DNA of 64,000 nucleotides from Trichosphaerium sp. ATCC 40318 (taxonomy: Eukaryota > Protista > Tubulinea), in NCBI GenBank assembly GCA_038496445.1, contig JALMLS010000065.1, positions 124,001 to 188,000 of the forward strand, in the 5' to 3' direction. The position numbers were made by a program, and so were the translations under genes. Positions 12,335 through 25,600 of the stretch are shown here, one piece after another; position 1 is the stretch's first letter, and each line of letters begins with the position of its first letter. The notes below the pieces were generated by a model that had not been told where the DNA came from, searched no databases, and saw nothing but the letters and a program-made list of their open reading frames with translations.

Positions 12335-15031
12335 ATGTCAGAGGAACCGCAACCACCTACAGTGCGTTATACTTGATATTTTTTGATTTACATTTTTATT
12401 TAAATGACCACATTAAATAACGCACATTGTTGTGTCGAAAGCGCGCTAAAAAAATTATATTATATCGCTTTTTCTTTTCTTGTTCTACCCACAAAGTCAG
12501 CTAACGCACGTTATGCAGACAACAGAACAACTCGCAACAACTGAACAAACCGTAAATGTTGGTGATGTAACAGCCGTAACTACACCACAAGAAACAGAAC
12601 AAGCTACACAAGGTGCTACATGGACACCAGGGCAAAATGTAAGCGAAACAGCCGCGAGCGAAACAACTGCGCCTATTCCTGTTCAAGCGCCACAAGTTAC
12701 CGTTGAGAACGGCAGCCAGGTACAGCCGCAACCGTATTCAGCGCAATCACCTCAAAAAAACGCAAAATCAAAAGAAGGTACGCATACTGGTTCTGTGGTC
12801 GTTATTTATTATACAGCTGTCATCGCGATTACAAGCTAACCAAATCTAGTTCCTCCAACGACTTATAATGTATTCGTCGGCGATTTAGAGTATAATACAA
12901 CAGAGGCAGACCTACACACTGTACGTTATGACATGACAAACAAAAAAAAAAGACAAACCAACGTCACAAAACCATGAAATGCGATCAAAGCACCTTTTAA
13001 TTTGTGATTGACAGACTGATGACTATTACTAGGTTTTTGACCCTTGTGGTGACGTACATCAAATAAATATAATTTCAGATCGTAACACTGGGCTTTGCAA
13101 GGTACGTCAAACGTTTAATAATGCTATACAGTAAACAAAACCGTTTATGGCGAGTTTTTTGCTTTTCTCTGTTTAACAGCCTTCTATAGGGTTATGGGTT
13201 TGTTCATTTCTTGTCAAGAGAAGCACAGATGCGCGCAATGCAGCATCCGTACAATGGCGCAGTTATAAAGGTATTGTATCGCATTTTTTTTTGATCGATT
13301 TTTTTTGGGACCTTTGACTCAATTTCTTGTTAGGGCCGACCATGTAAGGTCAAAAAGTCAGAACAAAAGACTGTACTTTTTGTTGGGAACCTTCCTATCG
13401 AAATGAATGAACCAGATGTTAATCAGGCTATTTCTGAATTAACACAGAGCGTTACTACTGAGTTTAGATTAGAATTAAAAAAAGGTAACAGATAGAAAAA
13501 AATACTTGTTTGAGAGACTAATCTTGTGCTTCTTTGTAGGACCGCCACCAGAATTTAAATCTAGAGGATTCTGCTTTATTACGTACCACTCGCATGAACT
13601 CGCAGATGCTTGTAAAAAAATACTTTATGAGTCGTATTTAAAGGGCAGACAACTTAATGTGTCCTGGGCTGAAACAAATACAGTTATGAGAGAGGTAATC
13701 TTTTTCTTCTTTATTTCTTTTAAAATATATTTTTTTATGTGTTCAAATGATCTTGTGATTATTATCCGCACGTGCATTGCAATTTCATTTCAACCAAATC
13801 ACGTGTAATTTGTTTTTTTTGGAATTTTTTTTTACTGGTACTGACGTTCTTTTCTTTCTTGTAGGTTGATCCAGGTGTGATGAAAAAAGTTAAAACACTA
13901 TACGTCAGCTCCATATCCACATGTGTTCGTCTAATAGATTTTTTTTTCGTTATTTAACCTTTTTTCTTTCTCAGGTTAAAGACGATATGTTACGATCGCT
14001 TTTTTCGCAATTTGGTGAAGTTGTTAAATCTGTTATTGTAAAGAATCCAATGACAAACGAATCGAGAGGTATGGAGCGTTTTTTTAATGCGATAAAGAAA
14101 GGTATTTGCTTATTATTTGCGTAGGTTTCGCTTTTGTAGAATACGCAGAGCGTCCTCCTGCCGTAGCAGCGATGAAATGCTTAAACGATCAACTCTTTTG
14201 TGGTCAGAAACTACACATAGTACTAGCAAAGCCTCAACCTGCCGAGACTGAGAAAAAACGACGTGGTTTCCGTGGAGGAACTACAACTCGCGGACAAGGT
14301 GGTTATAGCCGAGGTGGTAGCAGTAGCGCACGTGGTGGTGGTATGAGAGGTGGATACAACCAAGTACGTGTATGTATTAATATATAATTTTTGTTTTTTT
14401 TTGCTATATCTCGTTCTTTGCTTTGAGCTAGCGAGAATCTCTTTATCTAACCCGTTTTAGGGTTGGGGACAACAAGGACAACGTGGTGGGTGGAATCAAC
14501 AACAGTGGGCACAACAAGCACGTTATGTATGGCAAATAATTGCCACACTTTTAACTGGATATTAATACGAACCTACTAGGGATACCCACAACGTGGATAC
14601 GGTCAACAAGCCGGTGCTTATGCAGCACCTACAGCTGCTTATGGTCAACAAGGGGCATATGCCCAACCTGCTGCTTATGGTGCACCAGGAGCATACGCAC
14701 AACAAGGTAAACTTCGACTGCTTTTTATTTTTTTGAGTCAATCATACTTAATGTTCTAGGAATGCATCCAGTCGCCCCTACAGCTGCAGCATATGGATAC
14801 GGTCAACAAGCAGCAGCATATGGCGCTCAACAGAATTACCAACAGTATTATCAACAGCAGCCACCACAACAATCCTACGGGTACCAATGTACGTGACTCA
14901 ACACCGAAAGCGCTTTCTTTAGATTTTTCTCTTTTACCTTTCCCTTCGTTCTGTTTTTTTTTTTCTTTTCTGTATTGTCATAAGCTTGCGAAAGTAATTT
15001 TTCAAGCCAATGGTAACCTTTTTTAATAGGA
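12335..15031 (+). CDS. hnRNP Q/R-like RNA-binding protein (3 RRMs, RGG box, Gln/Tyr/Gly-rich tail)
   Basis: RNP motifs VFVGDL/KGYGFVHF, LFVGNL/RGFCFITY, LYVSSI/RGFAFVEY; many short canonical introns; stop either at 14895-14897 or split T|GA ending at 15031. Confidence 0.88.
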
Positions 15032-15993
15032 ATCTAAATGAGGTTTGCCGCAAAAACTCAAAAAAAAAAAGGTTGAAAAAAAAAAAAACAAAACTAAACT
15101 TGTTGTGTTTGACAAAGAATTAGAATTCTTTTGCTTTTTAAACATATCCAACACCTTCTCACAAACCCAACCCTAATACCTACCTCATGGAAAATACTTG
15201 CATTGGTTTTGACATATTGAAGTTCTATACTCTACTCTTGACGCAACAATGATTGTTTTTTTTCTTTTCATTTTGAAATAAAAAAAAAAGGAATACGAAT
15301 AAAAACTTTCCTCCTTATGTAAAAGATTAAATCATCATCAGTAAACAAAACCAATCAAAAAAAAAAAAAAAAAGAGAAAAAATTATAAAACCACCTTTTG
15401 TTTAGCATGTTTTTTTGTTTGTTTGTTTCAGGATTATTTAGAAAATAATCAATAGTCTTCGGTTTTTTAGTTTTGTTTTTTGTAGTTTTCTCATTTACAT
15501 AGGAGGTCACGTTTGGTGGTATCAACAGCTTGAAATAGACTACACGTGATGTCAGTTTATCTTAGTGTTTTACACAATGGAGTCTGTTTTATTGGAACTT
15601 ACGTTAAGGTGCGATACAAAGAAAACAGTCATCACACAAAACCCTGTTTTTCTCTTCTCCTCTTTTTTGATTTCTTGGATAATATATGTTGGGGAGAGTT
15701 CTATGAGGTATGTCAGTGTTTCTCGTTCAGCTTTCTCATTTAACAGCTAACCATGGAAAGAAATTTGCTTTCCTTTTTTTTTCTTATTTTTCTTTCTGAA
15801 CGTACCTTATACACGTGCTGTATTCCGCATGTACTTCAAAAATTGTCGTAATAAATAATAATTATATGTTTTTCTACAGTAGTACTTATTTAAAAAATGG
15901 AAATGACAACTACAACCAACATACAAGAACGTTAAAAAGTCTACAAAGCAATCTTTTTTTTTTCCTTTATTTTTTTTTACTAGAAGGTGTCCT

Positions 15994-16752
15994 TCAATCC
16001 CAAAACAGCTTTGCACGTTCATTTATTATAAGGACATCATCAGTCTCTTTCCTAGGATAACGTTGCATTATTATTTCTGTAAGTTGGTTTGGTTGGAATC
16101 CCTTTGATCTCAGTTCATCAATAATACCAGTTGCCGTATTAAAATCAGGAGATAAGTCTATCAAAGCATTATAAGTTGGCATTTCTATTGGAACATCTGC
16201 TTCTTTTAACTCCTGGTATCGGTCATATGCATATTCAAAGTCACGTATTTTACTCATACTACGAGCAAATACTTTGTTTGGATCTTTGTCCTCGTCTTTC
16301 AAATTCTTAAAGTACTCTTTTTTAAGAGCTTCTAAAATAACTCATTAGTAAGTTTACAAAGGGAGTATTGCGCTGTCATTCAAGCTAAACATTGCGTTGA
16401 CTTTTGACTCAGAAAATCAAAATTATGCGTGACGTTTGATGCATGTTTAGCTTGATACACAGTGCTCAAAAACAGATGTTTGATTTTTGACATTTGTTTT
16501 GAAAGTGAAGCTTCGCTTACCTATTACTTCTGGTTTTCTTCTGTCTGTAGCGTACGCAAATGCATGTGTGAATGGTAAAGAAGCTTTTCGTACGTGATTA
16601 TGTCGGTTTAGTTGTTTTTTGTTGTTACAGACGCTGTTTAGTGCTGACTTCTGTTTTAAACGCGTAAAAGCGTATTGTCGTGTATTATTATGTTTTTTGT
16701 ACGCTGTTTTATTTGTTGTTGTTCTACAAGTACATCTCTTGAACAGTAGCAT
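15994..16752 (-). CDS. Small PPR-like protein, probably mitochondrial
   Basis: Three exons give MLLFKRYRRKPEVIEALKKEY...; PTYNALID..ATGIIDELRSKGFQPN is a PPR-like motif. Confidence 0.6.
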
Positions 16753-16984
16753 GCCGTGAGATCATTCCCTGTTAAAATATTCTTTAAGTTTTTGTTTTGA
16801 AGATTAAACTTGTTGACCGCCATAATTTAGCCATGGGAGCGTGTTGTACTCCTACTGGGGTATATCCTTGGGAGCAACTGACGTTTTAGCCTAAATTGTG
16901 TTGTTAATTTCCTACAGAGGTGTGTAATTTGCTCTGGCTTCGCCTTTAATATAATCTAGGCTGTAGCATCGAAATAAAACACAA

Positions 16985-18239
16985 ATGTCCATGCACGCAC
17001 TTCGTGTGGCGTCAGCACTTCATAATGCTCGTCAAATGTGCTCTTACGTCGGTTTAAAACTCAACGTGTGCGTACTTGACGATTGGTACGACGTTACAAG
17101 CAAAGATGTATTACCGTTAGGTGTACAAACCACATTGGCAGAGTAAGTCCAAGTGTCACTTGTCGTCGTTGTAATGCCAAATGCTAACACTCCCAACAAG
17201 ATTCAATCATTCCGTGCCTACGTTGGTGAGATACGTTTATCCTCACTACGACTGGAAGCCATGGTTGTTTTCGTACGTCCTCGCTACTTAGGCCAGTCCT
17301 GGGTTCGCTGACTCTAGTTAACAGGAGAGCGCCACGGCAGTACTGGGATGATATAGAGAATCAACGCTATGCATTTGAGCAATTCGGAAAACAATTCAAA
17401 ATAAAAGATCTAGAAGGTTGGTACACAATAGGACATGAGGAATTTGATAAGCTTGGTGTAGGTATACTGAAAAGGTTAGATTTTCTAGAACCTCGAACTC
17501 CTAGCTTACAATTATTCTCAGACACAACCAATCAGTTGTACTGGCGCTTAAAGCTATATATCCCAACTTCAAATGGAAAACTACAAAATTCAAGTAAAGG
17601 ATACCTGTTTACGTGCGAACAAAACTTGGTTACTAACGTTGTATGTTGTGTAGACATGCGCCTAGAGATTATTGGGATTCATTAAAGCATCAACGAGAAA
17701 GAATGGATTTAATTAGCAAGAAACTTGGAATAACTCATCTTGATGCATGGTCGAACGTAACTACAAGAGAAGTAACTGCGAGTGGTGCTTATTACATACC
17801 TACTCGGTATTATAAACGCATAACCACTATACCTTCTCACTCGATTTTCTTAGGTATAGCAGTTTGTCTGAAGCTCTTGGTGCCGTATACCCTAGCATAG
17901 AACATCATTCTTCCTACTGGAGTGATCCACGGAACGTTAGAAGCTTTTTAAGAAAAACTGAAAGTCAACTCCGAATTCTTAACGAGGAGCATTGGTACAG
18001 CGTATCATACCCTCAGTTAGCTTCTCTAGGTGCAGGAAATATGCAGTCTTACTTCCCAAAGATACTTTTAACAATATATCCTCAATATAAATGGGATTGG
18101 AAGAGGTTCAAGCCTGCATTAACTAAAAAATCGCGACAGCTGTGCGTTTTTGAAAGAAATTCCATGTTTTTTGGAAGCCTTCACTGAAAAGATTTCTTGC
18201 AGGTTACTGAAGCGTACTGTTGCTCTAGTTGGGTTCTAA
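16985..18239 (+). CDS. Trp-rich ~65-aa repeat protein (YW..QR..DWY.V..YP...W..F repeats), no catalytic domain
   Basis: Seven exons splice in frame; about four repeats; same family as the N-terminal half of the 54985-58186 gene. Confidence 0.8.
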
Positions 18240-18609
18240 ACGCTCTAGAATGGTACGTGCTCCAGTTTAGCTTAGTTTCAGAAACTACACATGTACATTA
18301 TTGAGCAACGTCCAGGCTGTCTTGAGCGCCATGCAAGGAACGGAAGAGGTACGTAATGTTCGTATAATGGTTACTTCTCGAAAAGTTATTTTAGTTCTGT
18401 GTTTTAAAAGAAAGAGTTTCTCAAAATTTTCGCGAGATTTCGTTCCTTACAACTTATTTCTATTTGATAGAAAACTCAAAAAAATTTCCCCCAATTTCAA
18501 TCGAAATTTCCATATCCAAGATCCACGACGTAATCGTTCAAAAAATCCATGAAAATCAGTTACAGAAATAAACAAACAAAACAAACGAGAACAACAACAA
18601 TAACAACAA

Positions 18610-19038
18610 ATGTCAACAAAACAACAAAAGCAAGTAACTGAATATGAAAAGAAACGTATAGTCCTACGTGGCTTTTCAAAAACAACAAAAATGCGCGTAG
18701 AAGAATTATGCAGCAAACATGGTCATGTACTCTCTGTTACTCTTGTACATCGTCGTGGGTTCGCATTCGTTTCTTTCTTAACAAAAGAAGAAGCTTATAA
18801 CGCAGTGAACTTCTTTGATGGTCGCTGGGTCGGTGACGATTGGATAATCGCTGATTTTGCTCGAGTAAGAAAAGATAGTGGGAAAGTACAGAAAAAAGCA
18901 TCTTATTCATCATCTTCTTTGTCAGATGCGGCTCAAGCTGAAAAGAGAAACAGAAAAAGAGCTTGGAGGAACACAAGGACACCTTTATCTAGGTTCACGC
19001 CTAAACCTGCTGGGTTGACCTTACAGTTATCTTCGTGA
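18610..19038 (+). CDS. Single-RRM RNA-binding protein
   Basis: RGFAFVSF RNP1 motif; intronless 142-aa ORF. Confidence 0.8.
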   Translation: MSTKQQKQVTEYEKKRIVLRGFSKTTKMRVEELCSKHGHVLSVTLVHRRGFAFVSFLTKEEAYNAVNFFDGRWVGDDWIIADFARVRKDSGKVQKKASYSSSSLSDAAQAEKRNRKRAWRNTRTPLSRFTPKPAGLTLQLSS

Positions 19039-19828
19039 TACCAAAAATAATGTAAAATAGTAAAAAATGATAACAATAAAAAAAAAACATATTCAAATAC
19101 CAACAACTTTTTTTCACATGTCCTGTGCTAAAAGAACTTCTTATGAAGAATGTCGTATATATTAGCCTACAGGGAGCCCTTTTTTGCGCCAAGCCAGATA
19201 GCTCTAAGCATGGTAAAGACTTATAACCGTGGTAGTTCTATTGTTTTGGAAATTTCACAGTTCAACAACATTCAAGGCACACGGGATTTTGTTTCTCAAT
19301 GTGGCGTGTTCCAAACAATACTGGCTTTGTTCCCTAAAATAAGAAGCGCATGATCATTTGTTATGGATGTGTACTAAACTATGGAGGATGTTCACAATGA
19401 ACATGCTCTTTTATTAAAGGGTTTTAGCTTAAAATGACATTAACTTACCCATATCAGTTTTAAACCATTATAGCGCCTTGTGTGAAGGCTTATACAGCTC
19501 CACTGTTATCGCAAGTTACACAAGTCCCTTCAATAGCAATTGTATGAACACCAACCAAGTATCTAACACCTGAATCTGTAATTTTTGTACTAGTGGAGAA
19601 ATTGTTGCAAAGCCTAGCGTTGAAAACAAGTGATTCTTTTGTCAAAGTGTTGGAAATCATGAAAAATACGATTTAAGGAAAATGTAAAGGAAGTTTTCTC
19701 ACCATTGTATAACACTGAAACAAAGCCTATACTGAAAACAGCAATATTAAAGAAAGGGAAGCTTGCCTGTGGCTTTTATTGATTAAGCGATGTACAACAT
19801 TGCACACACTTTTAGTGGTAAATGTTCT

Positions 19829-21028
19829 TTAATATATAATGTGAGCACCAGTTAAGGCCTTTATACCTTTATCAGTAACACCAGTTCCATCAAGAAAAAT
19901 TGCATGAACACCAACCAAGTATTTAACACCTGCATCTGTAACATTTGTGTAACAAAGATTAATCGTATGCACTCCAGCCAATGTTTTCATACCCTCATCT
20001 GTAACTTTTGTATTGCAAAGATTAATTGTATGAACACCAGATAATGCTTTAATACCTTTGTCTGTTACTTGTGTGCCTTTAAGTTTAATTGTATGGACAC
20101 CAGCTAGCGCTTCAATACCGCCATCTGTAACTTTTGTAGAGTTAAGATATATTGTATGAACTCCAGCTAAGTACTTAACACCTGAATCTGTCACTTTTGT
20201 GCCACTAAGATCAATCATATGCACTCCAACTAATTCTTTAACACCTTCATCTGTTACTTTTGTAGAATTAAGATGTATTGTATGAACTCCAGCCAATGCC
20301 TTGATACCATCATCAGTAACTTGTTTACAGCGCCTTAAACTAATTTTATGGATGCCAGCTAATGCTTTAACCCCTTCATCGCTCACACCTGTATTCGTGA
20401 GATTGATTGTATGAACACCAGCTAAAGCCTGAATACCATCATTAGACACTTTTTCACAATTGCGTAGATTAATTTCATGAATGCCAGCCAATGCTTTAAT
20501 CCCTTCATCACTCACACCTGTGTGTGAAAGATTGATTGTATGAACACCAGCTAATGCCTTGATGCCTTCATCTGTCACAAAAAATGCACGAGATAATTGT
20601 ATTTTTTTGATTCCAGAAAGTTGTTTGAGGTGACCATCAGTGATGAACGTACACTTGCTACTAAAGTTAATACTGTGAATACCTTTTAACTTTGTAAAAT
20701 CAACATTTGCTTTCTTGATGCCCTCATCAAGTCTGAGGGAGTGCACTCCTTGAAGGTACTGTAATTGTTTCTGTTTGATAGGGAACTTGATGATTATCGT
20801 GTTTGTTTTAATGAGATGAGGCACTGTTTTGAATAGTTTTTTCAGCGAATGTTTTGATCTGATGACAATCTCTCTTGTATTTCTGTATCCCACGTGTTGT
20901 GTTGCGACCATTTTTAACGATTTTGAAGTGCGGACTACCGAATTCATAGTTACCTTAGATACAAAGTGTAGAATGTAAACAATGACTTCAACGGGAATCT
21001 CATCAAAGAATGCGCTATTTGAGTTCAT
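19829..21028 (-). CDS. F-box/leucine-rich repeat protein (intronless)
   Basis: N-terminal F-box (FDEIPVEVIVYILHFV); about 12 repeats of VHTINL..T.VTD.G.KAL.G; a relic of the same repeat lies at ~19430-19590. Confidence 0.88.
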   Translation of the reverse strand: MNSNSAFFDEIPVEVIVYILHFVSKVTMNSVVRTSKSLKMVATQHVGYRNTREIVIRSKHSLKKLFKTVPHLIKTNTIIIKFPIKQKQLQYLQGVHSLRLDEGIKKANVDFTKLKGIHSINFSSKCTFITDGHLKQLSGIKKIQLSRAFFVTDEGIKALAGVHTINLSHTGVSDEGIKALAGIHEINLRNCEKVSNDGIQALAGVHTINLTNTGVSDEGVKALAGIHKISLRRCKQVTDDGIKALAGVHTIHLNSTKVTDEGVKELVGVHMIDLSGTKVTDSGVKYLAGVHTIYLNSTKVTDGGIEALAGVHTIKLKGTQVTDKGIKALSGVHTINLCNTKVTDEGMKTLAGVHTINLCYTNVTDAGVKYLVGVHAIFLDGTGVTDKGIKALTGAHIIY

Positions 21029-21034
21029 TTTGTC

Positions 21035-21072
21035 TAAACAGATGTATCTAACAGATGTATCTAACAGATGTA
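21035..21072 (+). repeat. 13-bp tandem repeat x3 immediately upstream of the F-box gene
   Basis: CTAACAGATGTAT units. Confidence 0.8.
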
Positions 21073-21274
21073 GGGGTTGTATGGTTGTGTTTTAGAGTGC
21101 CAAGTAAACGTAAAGAGGCGTCGTCTATTTATTCTAAGCCGTATGACTTACCCTGACTTAATACACGTTCCAGCTATATATCATCTAGACGTAATCAACA
21201 AAAAACGTGAAGTGTCTTACTAGCTGCTGCGGTTTTATTTCTTGAAAATAAAACTACACTTGAAAGCGAACATA

Positions 21275-21296
21275 TTGTCTGTCTCATTCAAGTTTT
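21275..21296 (+). repeat. Left TIR
   Basis: TTGTCTGTCTCATTCAAGTTTT. Confidence 0.92.
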
Positions 21297-21437
21297 ACTA
21301 ATATTTTCTAGAAAGTGAGTTTCTAGCACTTTCAACAGATCTAGCAAGAAATGACAGATCCGTCGGATCTACAAAACTACCAAATGTGAATGTAGTTTTT
21401 CTCGCATACTCACAAAAAGAAAAAACACAAAAAAAAT

Positions 21438-22613
21438 TTACTCCTTTATTTGGCGACAATGTCTGTACATGTGGCTCAGACTATCACGAGTCATCATGGC
21501 CAACGTCATACCAATTTCAGCTTCCAAGGGCGCATTTCCGCGATGATATCGAAGTCTGTTTTTTATAGCAGCAAATACGAACTCACAGGGATTTAACTCA
21601 GGAGAGTACTTTGGAGTGAGCATCAAAGAAATATTATTAGCTTCACAAGCCATTGTTACTGCACCCAAAGATGCTTTGGATACGTGAATAGGTGCATTGT
21701 CACAAATAAAAACATCTCCTGGAACGAGTGAACCACTTCTCAGGCAATGGAGAACAAAAGCCCCCCACTCAGAGGAACAGTTTTTCCCATACGACATCAT
21801 TGAAGTGATTGGAGCCTGTAAAAAAGAATAAATGTAGTTGAAAAAAAAGTCATTAAAAAAAACAAATGTCGTACCTGGTCTGGAGCTATAGATGTTAAAA
21901 TCGTGAGTGTAGCAGTGCTTTCAAACGGTTGATGTTCAATAACAATCACCTTTTTACCCACAGGACCTCGCCCATATTTGCGGTACAATGCTTAAAAAAA
22001 AGGTAACAAAAAAGAAGCAGCAAAAAAGTTGGTCTACCTTTCGAAACAAAGTGTGATTCATCAGCATACTTCAAACGAGCAGGATCCAAATTCATGATTA
22101 TCTTAGCATAACGTTGATAATATAAGAAGTTATCAACTGTGTATTTGCGCACTTGTTTGTGTTCAACAACCAAAACAAATGTTAAACAAACACAAAAAAC
22201 GGAGAAACATTGTACCTTCCATGTCCAATTTATTGCCAAAAATCTCCTACTAATAAAACTGCGAGAAACAGTTTGAGGAGAAATCACTCGGTTTATAAAA
22301 GTTACGTATTCTTGGAGCAACGCACGTGGGTTTCTGGTATGTATCTCAATAATCATTTTCCAAATCATTTCTTCTTCCGCTAGCAAAGTTTGTTAACAAA
22401 AAACTGAATAGCTTGCTTACCATCTGTAAACTTGATGTTACGTCTTCCTCCGTAAGTGTTTGAATGGTATGTAGGATCTTTGTATTTTCGCAAGTGGTAT
22501 GATGCGCGAGCAGTTGATGTTTTGAACGCTTGTGCTGCAAATTGTACACCATGAATAAAAGCACACTCACCCAAAAGAGCATTTGTTTCTTGTGATGTTG
22601 TTCTAGTGGACAT
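21438..22613 (-). CDS. IS630/Tc1-like DDE transposase (DD38E), spliced
   Basis: LKYADESHF, ICDNAPIH, PKYSPELNPCE; N-terminal HTH-like region with GGRR; three canonical introns plus a 45-nt intron-like segment ending in TG. Confidence 0.92.
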
Positions 22614-22652
22614 TTTAAAAAATAAAAAAAAACCCAAAAGTAACAAAATACA

Positions 22653-25600
22653 ATGAACGGACCCACCAGAGATGACACTCCAGAGTACTGGGATCCACCT
22701 CAATTTCCTAATCCGCCCAAAGGGCAAATATGCAGATGTTGCCATAATCCAAAATCAGCCTATCAAATACGTGGTAGGCACAGGTGCCCTGTAGATCCCA
22801 TTACAGGTCTACCTAAATTATGTAATGACTTTAGAAAGTGTCGGCAAGGGCGTCGTATGTACTTTAATGCAATCCAAGTTACTGACTTTTTCTTAGACAT
22901 CCACATAAACACTCCTTCACCAAGGAGGATCCAAGAAGTCGAGGCTATGCACCGCCGACGACAAATACAAGTGCAATCTCCGAGTCACCAACCTCAAGTG
23001 TCAAGTAAGGAAAAACAACAAAAGCCACAAATGTCAAAGCCTTGGTTAGAATCAAAAGAAGCTCAAACAGTTGTACGTACTTTTGTTTGGTTTTTTGCCA
23101 TAAAAAGTAATTAATGCGAGTAGATGAAAGAGCTTGTGAGCCAATTGGCTTTACACATAACTCCACAGACATTGAACCTATTACAAAAAGCTCGCGCTAA
23201 CAGTGTGACACATTCGTCTGGCATTGTGAATCCAAACAAATGGAACACAATGATAGAGCAGCTTCGAAAATTAGCAAGCGGAAACGATAAATCAACATCT
23301 GGTAAGCATACGTACCTTTTTATTGCTCAATATTCTAAGGTTGCTATAGGTGACAAAAGAGCTGCCGAAAAATGTATTGCATTAGCTGACCTGCTTACAA
23401 AAAAAGTGCAAGGTACCTGTGGCTATTTACATCAACGCTAACTGCAAAGATAAACTAGGAAAGCCAGATCATCAATCCAATATAAATGCGCGTGCGTTTA
23501 AAAGTTAGTGAACTGAAATGTTCTAGGACATACAAGACGTATTAAATGATTATGACGTACCGGTACAATAATTTTCATTGTTTATGAACTAACAGTTTTG
23601 TAGATGAAGGATAGCACTCACGAATGGCAGAAGACATGGGAAAAGGTACAATACATGTTTCATAAGAACAATAAGTTGACTATGCACCTAGCACCACACA
23701 AACGCTTCTACCAGGGAAATTCTCACTGTACGTTACAGAAAGCGCTTCTTGTATGCTAATGGTACAGCCAACTGAAGAAAACGTGAGGGATACCACAAAA
23801 AACATGGCTCTGGTGCGCAGTTTAAACGGTTTTTTTTCTATGTGTACTATGTCTATATTTAGAAGGTGCACAACTCACAAGCTAGCGAACCAAAAGGGCT
23901 TTGTAGGATCTATCCTTCTGCCACTGACAACGTTAGTTTGAAACAAAAAGTAGCACAACTAATTTTTTGTAGTTGCCTGTACCGCAAAAGAAGGGAGCCA
24001 GAAGCCAAAAACAGGTACAAAAATGATGTTAGCTTTTGCTCATTTAACTAGCGCACATTGTCAACAAAGCGCAAGTTTGCTAAACTACAACGCAAGAATG
24101 GCAGAAAGGTACATGCAAGCATCACGTGTTTTTTACAGACGTGAAACTAAAAACCCAACTTTAGAAAGCAAAATCACAACAAAAAAGACGCAACCGTAGC
24201 ACGCAACACACGGTACACAGGCTTTTATTTTGTTACAGGCGTTCATGACAGCATAGGTGTTGGATGATTATGGCTTTTCAGAAGGCGAGGTACTGAAACA
24301 CTTTGTATAACACTGTTTTGTTCCTAAGTATGTTCCAAAGGATGTTATACCGCCACCAAAGAAGCGCAAGGCCAAACACACGCAAAAGAAATTACCCCCA
24401 AAGGTACAGTGTGGAAACTCAATTTTTCGTGTTCTTTACTTCAGAACACGTATTTTTCTGAGACCACGTGCTTTTTGGTAAACATTTGTACAGGTAAATT
24501 CTAAACGCTCATTAAACCCATATTTGAGCCCAGATTTCATGGTATGTTAGGGTTGTGGTTCGGTTACTAACTGCTTTTTTAGTCTTTTGGTAACAATGAC
24601 AAAACAGATGTGTTAGATCTCACGGCTTTTGAAAATGACAGTGATGATTTGCTTGATAGTGTACGCACAAAGTTGTCAGTTTCAAAACTTAAAGATTCTT
24701 TAGTTCTCGTCTTATGACATGGAAGTACGTTTTGCGTATTAGTTGTACATTAAGGTGTATAGATTGATGATCTTGAGTTTGCGTTGTACACACAGTCGGA
24801 TGAAGAGATTTACCCACGGAAACGCTCTAAGCGCCCAGTACACACAGTATGTTTTTGTTTGCTGAATCTTTGCTAGCCTCCGTTTTCTGCTGAAGCATAT
24901 GATGAAGATGAAGCTCTACAAAACGCAATAAAAGCTTCATTGACAGAAGCTAAAATGGTTGACCCAACAAGTTTGGCGATTGCACAGGCAGATGTACTTT
25001 TTTACCTAGTTAAATGCTGCTAAGTAAATTGATAGGCTGGTGCTGATGTGTTTTTGGCTCAAGACCGCTTCTTTATTGCTGTAAGTGCGCTTTCTTAATC
25101 ATCTCATGACTTTTTTTAGTTTAACAGTGAATTATTGACTAAAAAAGAGCGAGAAGTGGTTGCTGAAAATGTAATTTTGAAACTTGCACATTACTGTCCA
25201 ATGGCTATAGTGAAATGGGTACAAACTCTTCTCACGTCACATGGTAATTTGCATTTTAGGTAAACAGTGAATCTGCTTCTTCTTTGATGACCCAAGGTAT
25301 GCGAAACCTCATTGATATTGTTGGAGTACGTTGTGGTTTAATTGGAGAAGCTAAATTTACTTACTTTGGTTTAGGTAAATAGTGGTGCAGCTGCGCCAAA
25401 AACTTCACAGTCTCAAGCTTCTGCAACTCAGGCCCCTACAGCTCTTACGTTCGCTCCTGCAACTCAGGCTCCTACAGCTCCTACTTTCGCTCCTGTAACT
25501 CAGGCTCCTACAACTCCTACTTTCGCTCCTGCAACTCAGGCTTCGGCTCTGGCCCTACCTTTGTTACCATCTCATGCTCCTGCAACTCAGGCCCCTACAG

